IMG/VR virus record: IMGVR_UViG_2795386110_000001
Span: 1 to 64,000 of that record
Reading direction: 5' to 3' (one strand)
Length of the DNA stretch: 64,000 bases
Origin: a virus
Lineage: Duplodnaviria; Caudoviricetes
The position numbers and the translations under genes were made by a program. Of the stretch, positions 18,636-26,949 are shown one piece after another. Under the pieces are notes generated by a model. The model was not told where the DNA came from, searched no databases, and saw nothing but the letters and a program-made list of their open reading frames with translations. How positions within the stretch are numbered: the stretch's first letter is position 1; each line of letters begins with the position of its first letter.

Positions 18636-19822
18636 CCGCCGCCGCTCCCGAGACGCCGGGCCCCGACGAGCGGCTCACGGCTGATGAGCCCGGCGACGAC
18701 ACGAGCAGGCTCAGGCTCACGGTGGTGCAGGCTCACGGCACGCGTGAGCCCGAGCCTGAGCCCGACGACGAGCCTGAGCCCGACGACGAGCCGGGGGAGG
18801 GGGAGCCCGAGCGGATCCCCGCCTTCGTGATCCCCGACCTGCGCCCGTACGCCGACCCGAAGGCCGCCGCCGTCATCGCGTGGCGCGGCGTGAAGGCGGC
18901 CCGGAAACCGGCCACGAGCCTCGGCCACCGGATCCTCGCCGGTCTCGCCCACGTCGGCCCGCTGTTCCTCACCGGGACCCGGTTGCTGTTCGCCGTCCTG
19001 ATCTGGCCGTGGATCACCGGCCAGTGGGGGAAGGGCGGCTCGGTCGCGGCGAGGTTAGGGGGAGTGGCGGCAGTCCTGTACGGCCTCGTCAAAACCATCG
19101 CCCTGTACCCCGCCGAAGCCCCGCTCGCCCTCGTGTGGGCCTGGTTCCTGGCCGCCATGCTCGCCGCCCGCGGCGCCTTTGACGCCCTGGTGAAGAAGGC
19201 CCAGGGCAAGCCGAAGAAGGACGCGAAGAAGAACGACGCGAAGCCCGCGAAGAAGGACCGAGGGAAGAAGAAGCAGGCCAAGCTGTCAAAGGAGCCCGCG
19301 CCGGTCCCCGCCGAGCAGCCCGGCGAGGACGCCGTCGAGGTGCCCGCCGAGCCCCCGCTGACGGCCCTCATCCGGGAGCTGATCGGCGACGACAACGGGG
19401 TCCACCTCAGCACCCTCCGACCGGCCATGCGGGAGCGCCTGCCGGGGCTGGAGAAGGCCACGAATAAGGAGCTCCGTCAGGTGCTCGTCGACGCCCTGTT
19501 CGACCCCTCCCGTACGTTCCGAGCGAGGGGGGTCGCCGGGCGGGCCGGTGTGCACCGCGATCAGCTCCCGCCGCTGCCCTCCCCCGGCGCTCACCAAGGA
19601 GGCGCCGAAAACGACTCTCCGCCTGACAGGCGGCGCCCTGACCTGCGAAAATCTCCGGGGGTGAAGAGCGCGGAGAGTGGACCGGAGAGCGGCGCGGAGA
19701 GGCTCTGGAAGGGGCAGTGGAAGATCCCCGACGGGTGGACGACAGAGGACGTCGAGCGCGGCTACCGGTGGATCGACGACGGTCCGAGGTCGACGATCGA
19801 GAAGCTCGAAGACGCCGAATGA
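18632..19822 (+). CDS. Membrane protein with C-terminal winged-helix-like domain; contains a TTA codon
   Basis: Central TM segments; LTALIRELIGDDNGVHLSTL...GVHRDQLPPLP; in-frame TTA at 19055. Confidence 0.7.
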   Translation: MTAAAPETPGPDERLTADEPGDDTSRLRLTVVQAHGTREPEPEPDDEPEPDDEPGEGEPERIPAFVIPDLRPYADPKAAAVIAWRGVKAARKPATSLGHRILAGLAHVGPLFLTGTRLLFAVLIWPWITGQWGKGGSVAARLGGVAAVLYGLVKTIALYPAEAPLALVWAWFLAAMLAARGAFDALVKKAQGKPKKDAKKNDAKPAKKDRGKKKQAKLSKEPAPVPAEQPGEDAVEVPAEPPLTALIRELIGDDNGVHLSTLRPAMRERLPGLEKATNKELRQVLVDALFDPSRTFRARGVAGRAGVHRDQLPPLPSPGAHQGGAENDSPPDRRRPDLRKSPGVKSAESGPESGAERLWKGQWKIPDGWTTEDVERGYRWIDDGPRSTIEKLEDAE

Positions 19823-19864
19823 CAGGCAACCGAACAGAGTTCGAATCGTGAAATGAGGGAAACC

Positions 19865-20182
19865 ATGGGCCAGTCGGACGGCGCCTCGCGCATCATGAGC
19901 AGCATGGACACGCGAGCAGGGAGGGCGGCCGGGGACGGGTACGAGTACCGCTGCCCGCTGTGCCGTACGACGTCGGACCCCGTCGCCACCATGGCCGAGG
20001 CCAGGGCCGAGCGCCAGGCGCACCGCGACGAGTTCCACGGAGGCCACCGCCCCGACGGCGAGGAGATCACCCGGGCCGAGCCCGAGCGCATGCGGTTCGC
20101 CGACCTGCCGCGCGAGCAGAAGATCGCGACCGTCGTCGTCGCCTTGGTCCTCCTCGTCGGCATCCTCATCAAGACCGGCTGA
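19865..20182 (+). CDS. Small Zn-finger membrane-anchored protein (start uncertain)
   Basis: YRCPLC...HRDEFHGG; C-terminal TM segment. Confidence 0.6.
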   Translation: MGQSDGASRIMSSMDTRAGRAAGDGYEYRCPLCRTTSDPVATMAEARAERQAHRDEFHGGHRPDGEEITRAEPERMRFADLPREQKIATVVVALVLLVGILIKTG

Positions 20183-20192
20183 CGCAGACGCG

Positions 20193-20226
20193 ACGAAGGG
20201 CCGCACCGTCCGGTGCGGCCCTTCGT
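20193..20226. terminator. Bidirectional terminator hairpin
   Basis: ACGAAGGGCCGCACC-GTCC-GGTGCGGCCCTTCGT between convergent genes. Confidence 0.8.
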
Positions 20227-20236
20227 GCTGTCGGGG

Positions 20237-20521
20237 CTAACCCTGCTGCTTGGCCTTGTTGGGCTGCCGCGGCGGGACCTTGTACTCCCCGCCGATGATG
20301 CGGAGCGTCGCTTCCGTCCACGGCACGAGGTCGTGCGCGGCGACGGCCGCGTAGGGAAGATCCGGGTTTGCCTTCAGCTCATCAGCCAGCGCCTTGCGGG
20401 CAGCGTGGCGCGTCGTCTCCTCGTTCTCGAGCGCCTTCTTCCACTCGCTGAGGGCGGCGCGGACCGCGTCACTGGGCTGGTAGTCGGGCAGCGGCTGCTT
20501 GCCGAAATAGGGCTTGGGCAT
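20237..20521 (-). CDS. Small helical protein, possible DNA-binding regulator
   Basis: 94 aa; LPYAAVAAH...WTEATLRII resembles an HTH; divergent from repeat copy R1. Confidence 0.6.
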   Translation of the reverse strand: MPKPYFGKQPLPDYQPSDAVRAALSEWKKALENEETTRHAARKALADELKANPDLPYAAVAAHDLVPWTEATLRIIGGEYKVPPRQPNKAKQQG

Positions 20522-20584
20522 GGCACCAGTCTTTCACGAGTCGATTTGGCCAAACCGGCTGAACGTCAGCGGGGAGTCCGAACC

Positions 20585-20666
20585 TTTGCCGTCACTTTAC
20601 TTAATATGATTGTGAAAACTGGCTAGGGCAAGCGGATTTGGAAAGAATGCAAGGAGTACCACAAAC
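20585..20666 (+). repeat. Array repeat R1 (variant, lacks the TGACCTG head)
   Basis: CTTTACTTAATATGATTG-TGAAAACTGGCTAGGG-CAAGCGGATTTGGAAAGAATG. Confidence 0.85.
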
Positions 20667-20697
20667 CGCCCCAGAGAGACCCAGAGAGGACCCGATC

Positions 20698-21393
20698 ATG
20701 AGCGAGACGTACGCGGAGCGCCTGGCCCAGGGAAACCCGCAGGCCGCCGCCGCCTTCCAGCTCGGCCAGATCATCGAAGCCGTCGACACGGCGCGCGCCG
20801 CCGCCGAGGAGGTCAAGCCGAAGGTGTGGCACTTCGCGAGCAGCGCCGACGTCCGCGTAGCCGTCGACCAGGAGCAGGTGGCCGACGGGGACGTTGTGGT
20901 CGTCGAGTCCGAGTGCGTCGTCGGCTTCGTGGCCGTTGTCTGGCCGGTCGCGATCACGGAGCAGCACGGCGCCTTCCACGCGTACACCCAGCTCGGGAAG
21001 CCCGCTCGCGAATACTGCAAGGGCGACTACACCCGCAGCGTCGAGCGGGCCGAGCAGATCGCCATCGAGCTGGGCTACAAGCTCGCCGACCCGTCCGCCG
21101 CCCAGACGGCCCGGATCGCCGCCGGCCTGCCCGTGACCTTCGAGACCCCGCGGATGCTCGTCGAGCCCGCCGACATCCTGCACGCCTTCGGCGCCCGCCT
21201 GAACGTCATCGATGCCGGTGTGCGGATCGACCCTGCCACCAGCCAGGGCGAATGGTGGGCGCTCGTCGAGGGCGCCGCCGAGGAGGACCAGCGGCGCACG
21301 TACCGCGGCCAGTGGGCGTTCGCCGTGCCCGTTGCGAACGCGGCCTGGGACGTCGTGACCGTCGAGCGGGTCCTTCCGGCCCCGAGTGCCTGA
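20698..21393 (+). CDS. Hypothetical protein (unit 1)
   Basis: GAGGA RBS plus ATG right after R1; high GC3. Confidence 0.75.
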   Translation: MSETYAERLAQGNPQAAAAFQLGQIIEAVDTARAAAEEVKPKVWHFASSADVRVAVDQEQVADGDVVVVESECVVGFVAVVWPVAITEQHGAFHAYTQLGKPAREYCKGDYTRSVERAEQIAIELGYKLADPSAAQTARIAAGLPVTFETPRMLVEPADILHAFGARLNVIDAGVRIDPATSQGEWWALVEGAAEEDQRRTYRGQWAFAVPVANAAWDVVTVERVLPAPSA

Positions 21394-21428
21394 CCAGAAC
21401 AGACGACAGGAAAGGACGGCGACTGACC

Positions 21429-21770
21429 GTGGCGCAGAGCTTCGAGACCTTCAAGGGCGAGATTGAGCGCGCGTTGTCCGCGTGCGGGGTGGACCCGCAG
21501 GAGTGGTGCGACGTGAACGCTGCCGCCCGCTACCTCACCGAGGACCAGCACACGAACGCGCCGGACGAGTTCTGGTCGGTGGTCCGCCGCCACCGCCGCA
21601 CGGCGCAGCGGGAAGCCGCGATCGACCGGGCGATGTTCCTCGACGACCTCGAACTGGAGCTGACGGGCGGCTGCGGGCGGTGCAGCCTGGAAGCCGACCA
21701 GATGTGCGTCAGCTGCGGGAAGTGCAACTGCTTCCGGCACGACGAGTGCACCCGGCCCGCCAGCCAGTAG
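21429..21770 (+). CDS. Hypothetical protein with C-terminal Cys cluster (unit 1)
   Basis: GGCGRCSLEADQMCVSCGKCNCFRHDEC. Confidence 0.7.
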   Translation: MAQSFETFKGEIERALSACGVDPQEWCDVNAAARYLTEDQHTNAPDEFWSVVRRHRRTAQREAAIDRAMFLDDLELELTGGCGRCSLEADQMCVSCGKCNCFRHDECTRPASQ

Positions 21771-21790
21771 ACGAGGGAGTCGCAGGCCTG

Positions 21791-21880
21791 TGACCTGCGG
21801 TTTTCTTTGGCGATCATTTACTGAATCAACTTGTTAAAACTGGCTAGGGTAAGTCGATTCAGAAAGAATAGTAGTTCAAA
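21791..21880 (+). repeat. Array repeat R2
   Basis: TGACCTGCGG...CTGAATCAACTTG-TTAAAACTGGCTAGGG-TAAGTCGATTCAG-AAAGAATAGTAGTTCAAA. Confidence 0.92.
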
Positions 21881-21905
21881 CCACCACCAACGACAGGAGC
21901 GGGAC

Positions 21906-22247
21906 ATGCGCGGAACGAAGGTCACCCCCGAGCACGGCAGGTGCCTGAAGTGCCGTCGTCCCCTCCACAACCCCAGCCCGGACGGTCTCGGCCCGAAGTG
22001 CAGACGCAAGCTGCGCCGCGCTACCCGGACCGAGGCCGCCCACCCGAAGTGGCAGGTCGCCAAAGCGGCCGAGCTGCTGGAGCTGGGCGCCGTCATCCCG
22101 CTCCGCCAGAACCGGATCTTCCTCGTCGTCGCCGACGACGGCACGGAGGTCTACCGGACCGCCGCCACCGGCCAGTGCAACTGCCCGGCCGGCCTGCGCT
22201 CCGTCCGCTGCTACCACGCCGTGGCCGCCCACCTGCTGGCCGCCTGA
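21906..22247 (+). CDS. Zn-finger (DUF6011-like) plus SWIM-like protein (unit 2)
   Basis: CLKCRRPL...GLGPKC and CNCPAG...CYH motifs. Confidence 0.8.
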   Translation: MRGTKVTPEHGRCLKCRRPLHNPSPDGLGPKCRRKLRRATRTEAAHPKWQVAKAAELLELGAVIPLRQNRIFLVVADDGTEVYRTAATGQCNCPAGLRSVRCYHAVAAHLLAA

Positions 22248-22266
22248 TCACGAAGGAGACACCCCG

Positions 22267-22791
22267 ATGTCCGCCTACCTCGCCACCGTCCGCCGCCTCA
22301 ACCACCTCGCCGCCGTCGTACGCGGCCGGGCCTACCACCCGCAGCGCTACATGATCGAGACGCTCGCCGGGGCCATCGAGGACGCCGCGATCGCCATCCA
22401 GTCGTTCCCGGTCGATGAGCCCGGCGAGCTCCCCCAGGGAGCGATCGACGCCCTGCGTGAGGCCACCGACCTGCTCACCCAGAACGACTTCATGATCCCG
22501 GCCGCAATCGTCGGCTACGCCATCGCGCCGGTCACCGGCGTCATGCCGCAGATGGAGCCGCTCAAGGCGGTCAGCCTTCAGCTCGCCCGTCAGGACGCGG
22601 ACCTGCGCGCCCGCCGGGTCGCCCTGATCGAGCACGGGCACCTCAACTCCCGCGACGAGGAGGTACTGACCGCGGCCCTCACCGGACTGGTCGCCCTGCA
22701 CCGCCAGCACGAGCGCCTGGCCGCCGCCGTCGCCGTTGACAACGACCGGCCCTGCAACCGCGGCAAGGCCCCCGCCGACCTCGCCCACTGA
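22267..22791 (+). CDS. Hypothetical helical protein (unit 2)
   Basis: AAGGAG RBS; high GC3. Confidence 0.75.
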   Translation: MSAYLATVRRLNHLAAVVRGRAYHPQRYMIETLAGAIEDAAIAIQSFPVDEPGELPQGAIDALREATDLLTQNDFMIPAAIVGYAIAPVTGVMPQMEPLKAVSLQLARQDADLRARRVALIEHGHLNSRDEEVLTAALTGLVALHRQHERLAAAVAVDNDRPCNRGKAPADLAH

Positions 22792-22819
22792 CCACCCCCA
22801 GCAAGAGCAGGAGTGCCCC

Positions 22820-23116
22820 ATGTCCATCCACTTCGCGACCCGCGTCGACCAGCTACCGAGCTTCTTCCAGGTGCCCTGCATAGCGTGCGAGATCACCGGC
22901 GAGACCGGCCAGGCCGACAGCGTCGTCTGCGCCACCAGCGGCTTCGGCCTCGGCTCCTGCACGAACCACATCGACGTCACCGCAAGAGTGCTGCGCACGC
23001 TCCGCAACTACGAGCTGGCCGGCCTGCGCACCGCGTTCGTCACGGCCGGGATCACCCCTGAGCCGCAGCACGGCGGCGAGCGCACCGAGCAGCACAGCGA
23101 AGGGGGAGGGAACTGA
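22820..23116 (+). CDS. Small Zn-binding hypothetical protein (unit 2)
   Basis: PCIACE...SCTNH; AGGAG RBS. Confidence 0.7.
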   Translation: MSIHFATRVDQLPSFFQVPCIACEITGETGQADSVVCATSGFGLGSCTNHIDVTARVLRTLRNYELAGLRTAFVTAGITPEPQHGGERTEQHSEGGGN

Positions 23117-23117
23117 G

Positions 23118-24023
23118 ATGCCGATCTACCTGCCCGCTCCCGAAGCCCCGGCCGGAGGGCCCGACGGCAAGGGATGGAACAGACTGAGCCTCAACGCCCA
23201 CGGCGGCTTCCTGGCACAGTGCGCCCTGCGGCCCCGACGGTGGGGTGCGCTGCTGGAGTCCCACGACACCCGGCGGGCCCGCTGGGGAGGGTTCGGGCCC
23301 TGCGTCAACCGCGGCGACTGCAAAGACTGCCCGATGCGGCAGGCCGTCGACGAGCAGTGGACCATCATCCCGATGAACGTCTCCCGGGTCCTGGTCCGCG
23401 TCGAGCCGATATACGGGTCGGACGACGCCATGTTCGTCACCGGCCCAGACGGCTGGCGCCTGTGGCTGACGACCGGACCTGACGACCGCGACTACCGCAA
23501 CCGGCCGCCACTGGGCTGGGACGCCATTGCCCGCGTGCGCGGCTGGGACCTCGGCCGCCCGTACATCGACGAGCACGGTGAGGGCTTCTGGCTGGAACGC
23601 ACAGCCCGCGTCCCCGCCTGGGGCTGCTCCATCGGCACGAAGATCTGGCCGTCGTTCACCCGGCACGCCTTCCGGGTGGCCAGGACCGGGGTCGCCCTCC
23701 TCCACCACCACGGCGACTGCGCGCACGGCGACGAGCTGCTGAACGCGATCTCCCACGCCTGCCCCGGCCCGGACGGCGCCGACGAGGAACGGGTGCCGGT
23801 CCACTGGCGGCAGGCGGCGGAGATGACGCCTCCGGCCGTCGGCGACCTCTGGTTCGGCGTCGACGTGGCGACCATGAGCGTGCGGATCGTCGCCGTCGAC
23901 GGGCCGAGGAACGAGCGGGCCCGGCTGACCCTGTCCGGGTCCGGCTGGACCGCCGAGCGCGTGAGGGCGGCCGGCGAAGCACTCCGCGCGTACCTCGACG
24001 GACACGCGAAGGGTGGTGAGTGA
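23118..24023 (+). CDS. Hypothetical protein (unit 2)
   Basis: 301-aa Trp/Cys-rich ORF with GGAGG RBS. Confidence 0.75.
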   Translation: MPIYLPAPEAPAGGPDGKGWNRLSLNAHGGFLAQCALRPRRWGALLESHDTRRARWGGFGPCVNRGDCKDCPMRQAVDEQWTIIPMNVSRVLVRVEPIYGSDDAMFVTGPDGWRLWLTTGPDDRDYRNRPPLGWDAIARVRGWDLGRPYIDEHGEGFWLERTARVPAWGCSIGTKIWPSFTRHAFRVARTGVALLHHHGDCAHGDELLNAISHACPGPDGADEERVPVHWRQAAEMTPPAVGDLWFGVDVATMSVRIVAVDGPRNERARLTLSGSGWTAERVRAAGEALRAYLDGHAKGGE

Positions 24024-24211
24024 CCGTGAAAGGCCTCGTTCCGCTCGACTCGATCCTGTACCGCGTGCGCTTCATCTGGCCGGACGCTCAGTGGGTGCTG
24101 CGCGAGCCGCCGGGCGTGCGGCCGTCGCTCACCTGGAAGGGTGGGCCGACCGTCGAGGAGGTCACCGTGGAGCTGCGGCGGCCGGACATCGACATGACCC
24201 GCGCCAACTGA
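24020..24211 (+). CDS. Small hypothetical protein (unit 2)
   Basis: GTGA coupling; LTWKGGPTVEEV. Confidence 0.6.
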   Translation: MTVKGLVPLDSILYRVRFIWPDAQWVLREPPGVRPSLTWKGGPTVEEVTVELRRPDIDMTRAN

Positions 24212-24219
24212 CGGGCTTC

Positions 24220-24310
24220 TGACCTGGGTTCTTAGAAGTTCTTTTACTGAAACAGCTTGTTAAAACTGGCTAGGGCAAGCTGTTTCGGAAAGAATGAGAG
24301 TAGTTCAAAA
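24220..24310 (+). repeat. Array repeat R3
   Basis: TGACCTGGG...CTGAAACAGCTTG-TTAAAACTGGCTAGGG-CAAGCTGTTTCGG-AAAGAATGAGAGTAGTTCAAAA. Confidence 0.92.
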
Positions 24311-24341
24311 CGCACCACCTCACCGAGAACAGGAGCCCGCC

Positions 24342-24623
24342 ATGGACGCCGCCACCTTCACCGCCGTGTTCGCAGTCGCCGCCACCTCCACCACGTGGAC
24401 CCAGACGAACCTCGGCAACGTCACCGAGGTCAGCCACGCGGGCCAGACCTGGACGGTCCTCCTGCCCGGCATGGGCACCGACGAGAACGGCGAGGCCACG
24501 CCGAGCAAGGCGCGGATCACCGGCCACTTCGGCTTCGGCGGCACTGAGTTCGCCGACGTGGAGGCCACGTGGGGCCAGACGACCGGCATCGTGGACGCCG
24601 CTATGGCGGCCTTCCGTATCTGA
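24342..24623 (+). CDS. Hypothetical protein (unit 3)
   Basis: AGGAG RBS plus ATG after R3. Confidence 0.7.
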   Translation: MDAATFTAVFAVAATSTTWTQTNLGNVTEVSHAGQTWTVLLPGMGTDENGEATPSKARITGHFGFGGTEFADVEATWGQTTGIVDAAMAAFRI

Positions 24624-24690
24624 CCCCCCAACCCTTGGGCCCGGCACCTGAAGGTGCCGGGCCTCCCTCATGCCTGCACGGAGGCAAGCC

Positions 24691-25758
24691 ATGGAGCAAC
24701 TCGACCTGTTCGCCGACCTCGGCGCACCGGAACCCCCCAAGCCCGAGAAGACGATCACCCTGCCGAAGCCGACCGCGGGCCAGTACGCGACCGCCGTGGC
24801 GCGACCGCCGCAGTCGAAGCCGCAGCAGCCGGCCCTCGTTCCGGAGGCGGACCCGGCTCCGGCCCGGCGGCGCCTGGAGTTCGCCATCCGTCCCGCCGAC
24901 GGCCTCACCTTCGGTGAGGCGGTCGCGGACGCGTGGCACGGCTCGTACGGCGGGAACCGCATGGAGATCCCCGTGGGCATCGTCGCCACCCTGGCGCTGT
25001 GGCCGCAGAAGGGGCACCCGCGCACCCTTGCCGAGTTCTTCCGGGGCCTGGACGCCGAGCAGCTCATCGCCTGTGTCCGGGAGGTCGCCGCCTACTGGTG
25101 GATGCGGCGCCCCGACCTGATCGACACCGCCTCGGTGCTGTTCCACTGGGCGGAGGAGGAGAAGTTCACGAAGAACGAGCTGGCCGCCATCCGGGCCACG
25201 TTCCACGCGGCACTGAACGCGAACGTCCTCGACCACACCGGCCGCGAAGACCCGGCGTGGAACTCGGAGATCGACCTGATGTCATGGGCGGTCACCACTC
25301 TGCGGCACAAGTCCGCGCGGTCCGGCCTGGGCGAGTACCACACGCCCCCGGAGGTGTGCGACATGATGGCCGCCCAGATCCTCGGCAGCGACCCCGAGCA
25401 GATCCGGGAGGGCTACTCGGTCCTCGACCCGTGCGCGGGCACGGGCGGGATGTTCCGGTCTGCCGTCAACCACGTGCGGAGCATGGGCATCGACCCGGCC
25501 CGCATGACGTGGTTCGCGCAGGAGCTCGACCCGCTCGCGGCGGCTGGCTGCGCCGTCAACATGATCGTGTGGGGGATGGGCCCGAACGCCATGGTGGCCT
25601 GCGGCGACACGCTCGCCGAGGGCAACATGTGGCAGCGGGCGGTCGAACACCGGAAGTTCATGGTCGAACGGCGGGACGACGCCGCGGCCGTCATAGCGAT
25701 CGCCCGTGCGGTGCACCAGGTCGAGCAACTCGTCTCCGGAGGCTCCGCAGCCGCCTGA
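24691..25758 (+). CDS. N6 DNA methyltransferase-like (HsdM-like) protein, no NPPY/F motif seen (unit 3)
   Basis: GEYHTPPEV, VLDPCAGTGGM, QELD and GDTL motifs; stop codon is the TGA of R4. Confidence 0.85.
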   Translation: MEQLDLFADLGAPEPPKPEKTITLPKPTAGQYATAVARPPQSKPQQPALVPEADPAPARRRLEFAIRPADGLTFGEAVADAWHGSYGGNRMEIPVGIVATLALWPQKGHPRTLAEFFRGLDAEQLIACVREVAAYWWMRRPDLIDTASVLFHWAEEEKFTKNELAAIRATFHAALNANVLDHTGREDPAWNSEIDLMSWAVTTLRHKSARSGLGEYHTPPEVCDMMAAQILGSDPEQIREGYSVLDPCAGTGGMFRSAVNHVRSMGIDPARMTWFAQELDPLAAAGCAVNMIVWGMGPNAMVACGDTLAEGNMWQRAVEHRKFMVERRDDAAAVIAIARAVHQVEQLVSGGSAAA

Positions 25759-25849
25759 CCTGCTGTTTCCTTTGGCGTTCTTTTGCTGAATCAGATTGTC
25801 CAAACTGGCTAGGGTAATCCATTTCGGACAGAATGAAAGTAGTCCAAAA
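25756..25849 (+). repeat. Array repeat R4
   Basis: TGACCTGC...CTGAATCAGATTG-TCCAAACTGGCTAGGG-TAATCCATTTCGG-ACAGAATGAAAGTAGTCCAAAA. Confidence 0.9.
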
Positions 25850-25880
25850 CGAACCAACCTGCACGGAACGGGAGCCAGCC

Positions 25881-26066
25881 ATGGACGCCAGGACAGCGAT
25901 CGCCGAGACCTTCCACCCCGACCACGCTCTCGCCGTCGGCGATTGGGTGCTCGTCTTCGGGAACTGGCACGAGGCCATCGACACCGACGAGATCCGGAGT
26001 GTCGAGCCCTTCATCACCCACTACCTGACCGCCGAGCAGGCGCGCGCCCTCACCTCCGGCGCCTGA
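25881..26066 (+). CDS. Small hypothetical protein (unit 4)
   Basis: GGGAG RBS plus ATG after R4. Confidence 0.7.
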   Translation: MDARTAIAETFHPDHALAVGDWVLVFGNWHEAIDTDEIRSVEPFITHYLTAEQARALTSGA

Positions 26067-26153
26067 CCACCATCCACCCCACCCGGCCCGGCACCGGGCG
26101 CCCTCCGGCGCCCCGAGTGCCGGGCCGGCCTCATCTCTGAAGGGCTGATCGAT

Positions 26154-26879
26154 ATGACCGCTATCCGCGCCTACATCACCGCCGGACTTCGCTTCCCGGC
26201 CGACGAGATCCTGTGCAAGGGTGACCGCTGGCAGCGAGGATGCGCCGCCGTCGACGGAGAGGCCGCGTACGCGATCCACACCTTCGAGGGCAAGCACTTC
26301 TGCGGCTACCACTCGCCGTTCGACAACAAGTACGTGCCCTGCGCCAACTGCGGCGAGAAGCTGGTGCTCATGGCCATGGAGGGCGACGCGGTCTGCGACG
26401 ACTGCCTGATCGCCATCAACCGGGTGACGGAGTACGACTACTACCTGGCCATGACCGGCGCGCACGACCTGCGCCACCCGCACCGGCCCGCTCCGGTCGA
26501 CCTCCCGGTGAGCGACTACGTCGACCACCACACCAGGGAGGAGATCGGCGCGGAGGAGGCGGCCGGCCACGTCTGCGACGAGGTCGAGGAGCGCGCCACG
26601 TACGGCCGGTACGTGTCCGACGGCCTGGCCGACACCGACGGCCACTACGCGCCCGAGCCCTTCGAGGCCTGGCAGGCGCACTACCACCGGGCGATCGGCT
26701 ACAAGGAGCCGCGCACGGAGGAGTGCACCGAGACGGAGTGCAAGGCCCCGAGCCACGAGCGTGTGAAGTGCGTGCAGGACCGGATCCCCGGCAAGGGCCG
26801 GAAGGTCCGCACGTACAGCGTCTGCCCCGGCTGCTACGACCGGCGCCTCGCCGAGTACCGCGCCTCCCGCGCCGCCTGA
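26154..26879 (+). CDS. Cys/His-rich hypothetical protein (unit 4)
   Basis: FCGYHSPF, CANC...CDDC and CPGC motifs. Confidence 0.75.
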   Translation: MTAIRAYITAGLRFPADEILCKGDRWQRGCAAVDGEAAYAIHTFEGKHFCGYHSPFDNKYVPCANCGEKLVLMAMEGDAVCDDCLIAINRVTEYDYYLAMTGAHDLRHPHRPAPVDLPVSDYVDHHTREEIGAEEAAGHVCDEVEERATYGRYVSDGLADTDGHYAPEPFEAWQAHYHRAIGYKEPRTEECTETECKAPSHERVKCVQDRIPGKGRKVRTYSVCPGCYDRRLAEYRASRAA

Positions 26880-26949
26880 CGCGGCCCCGACCTCCCCAAC
26901 CATCTGGGCGCGCACCCCAGTGCGCCCCTGGCCCCCCAAGGGATCTCAC

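Noticed and set aside
19829-19847. SOS box CGAAC-AGA-GTTCGA
   Set aside because: The spacer is 3 nt rather than the 4 nt of the actinobacterial LexA consensus.
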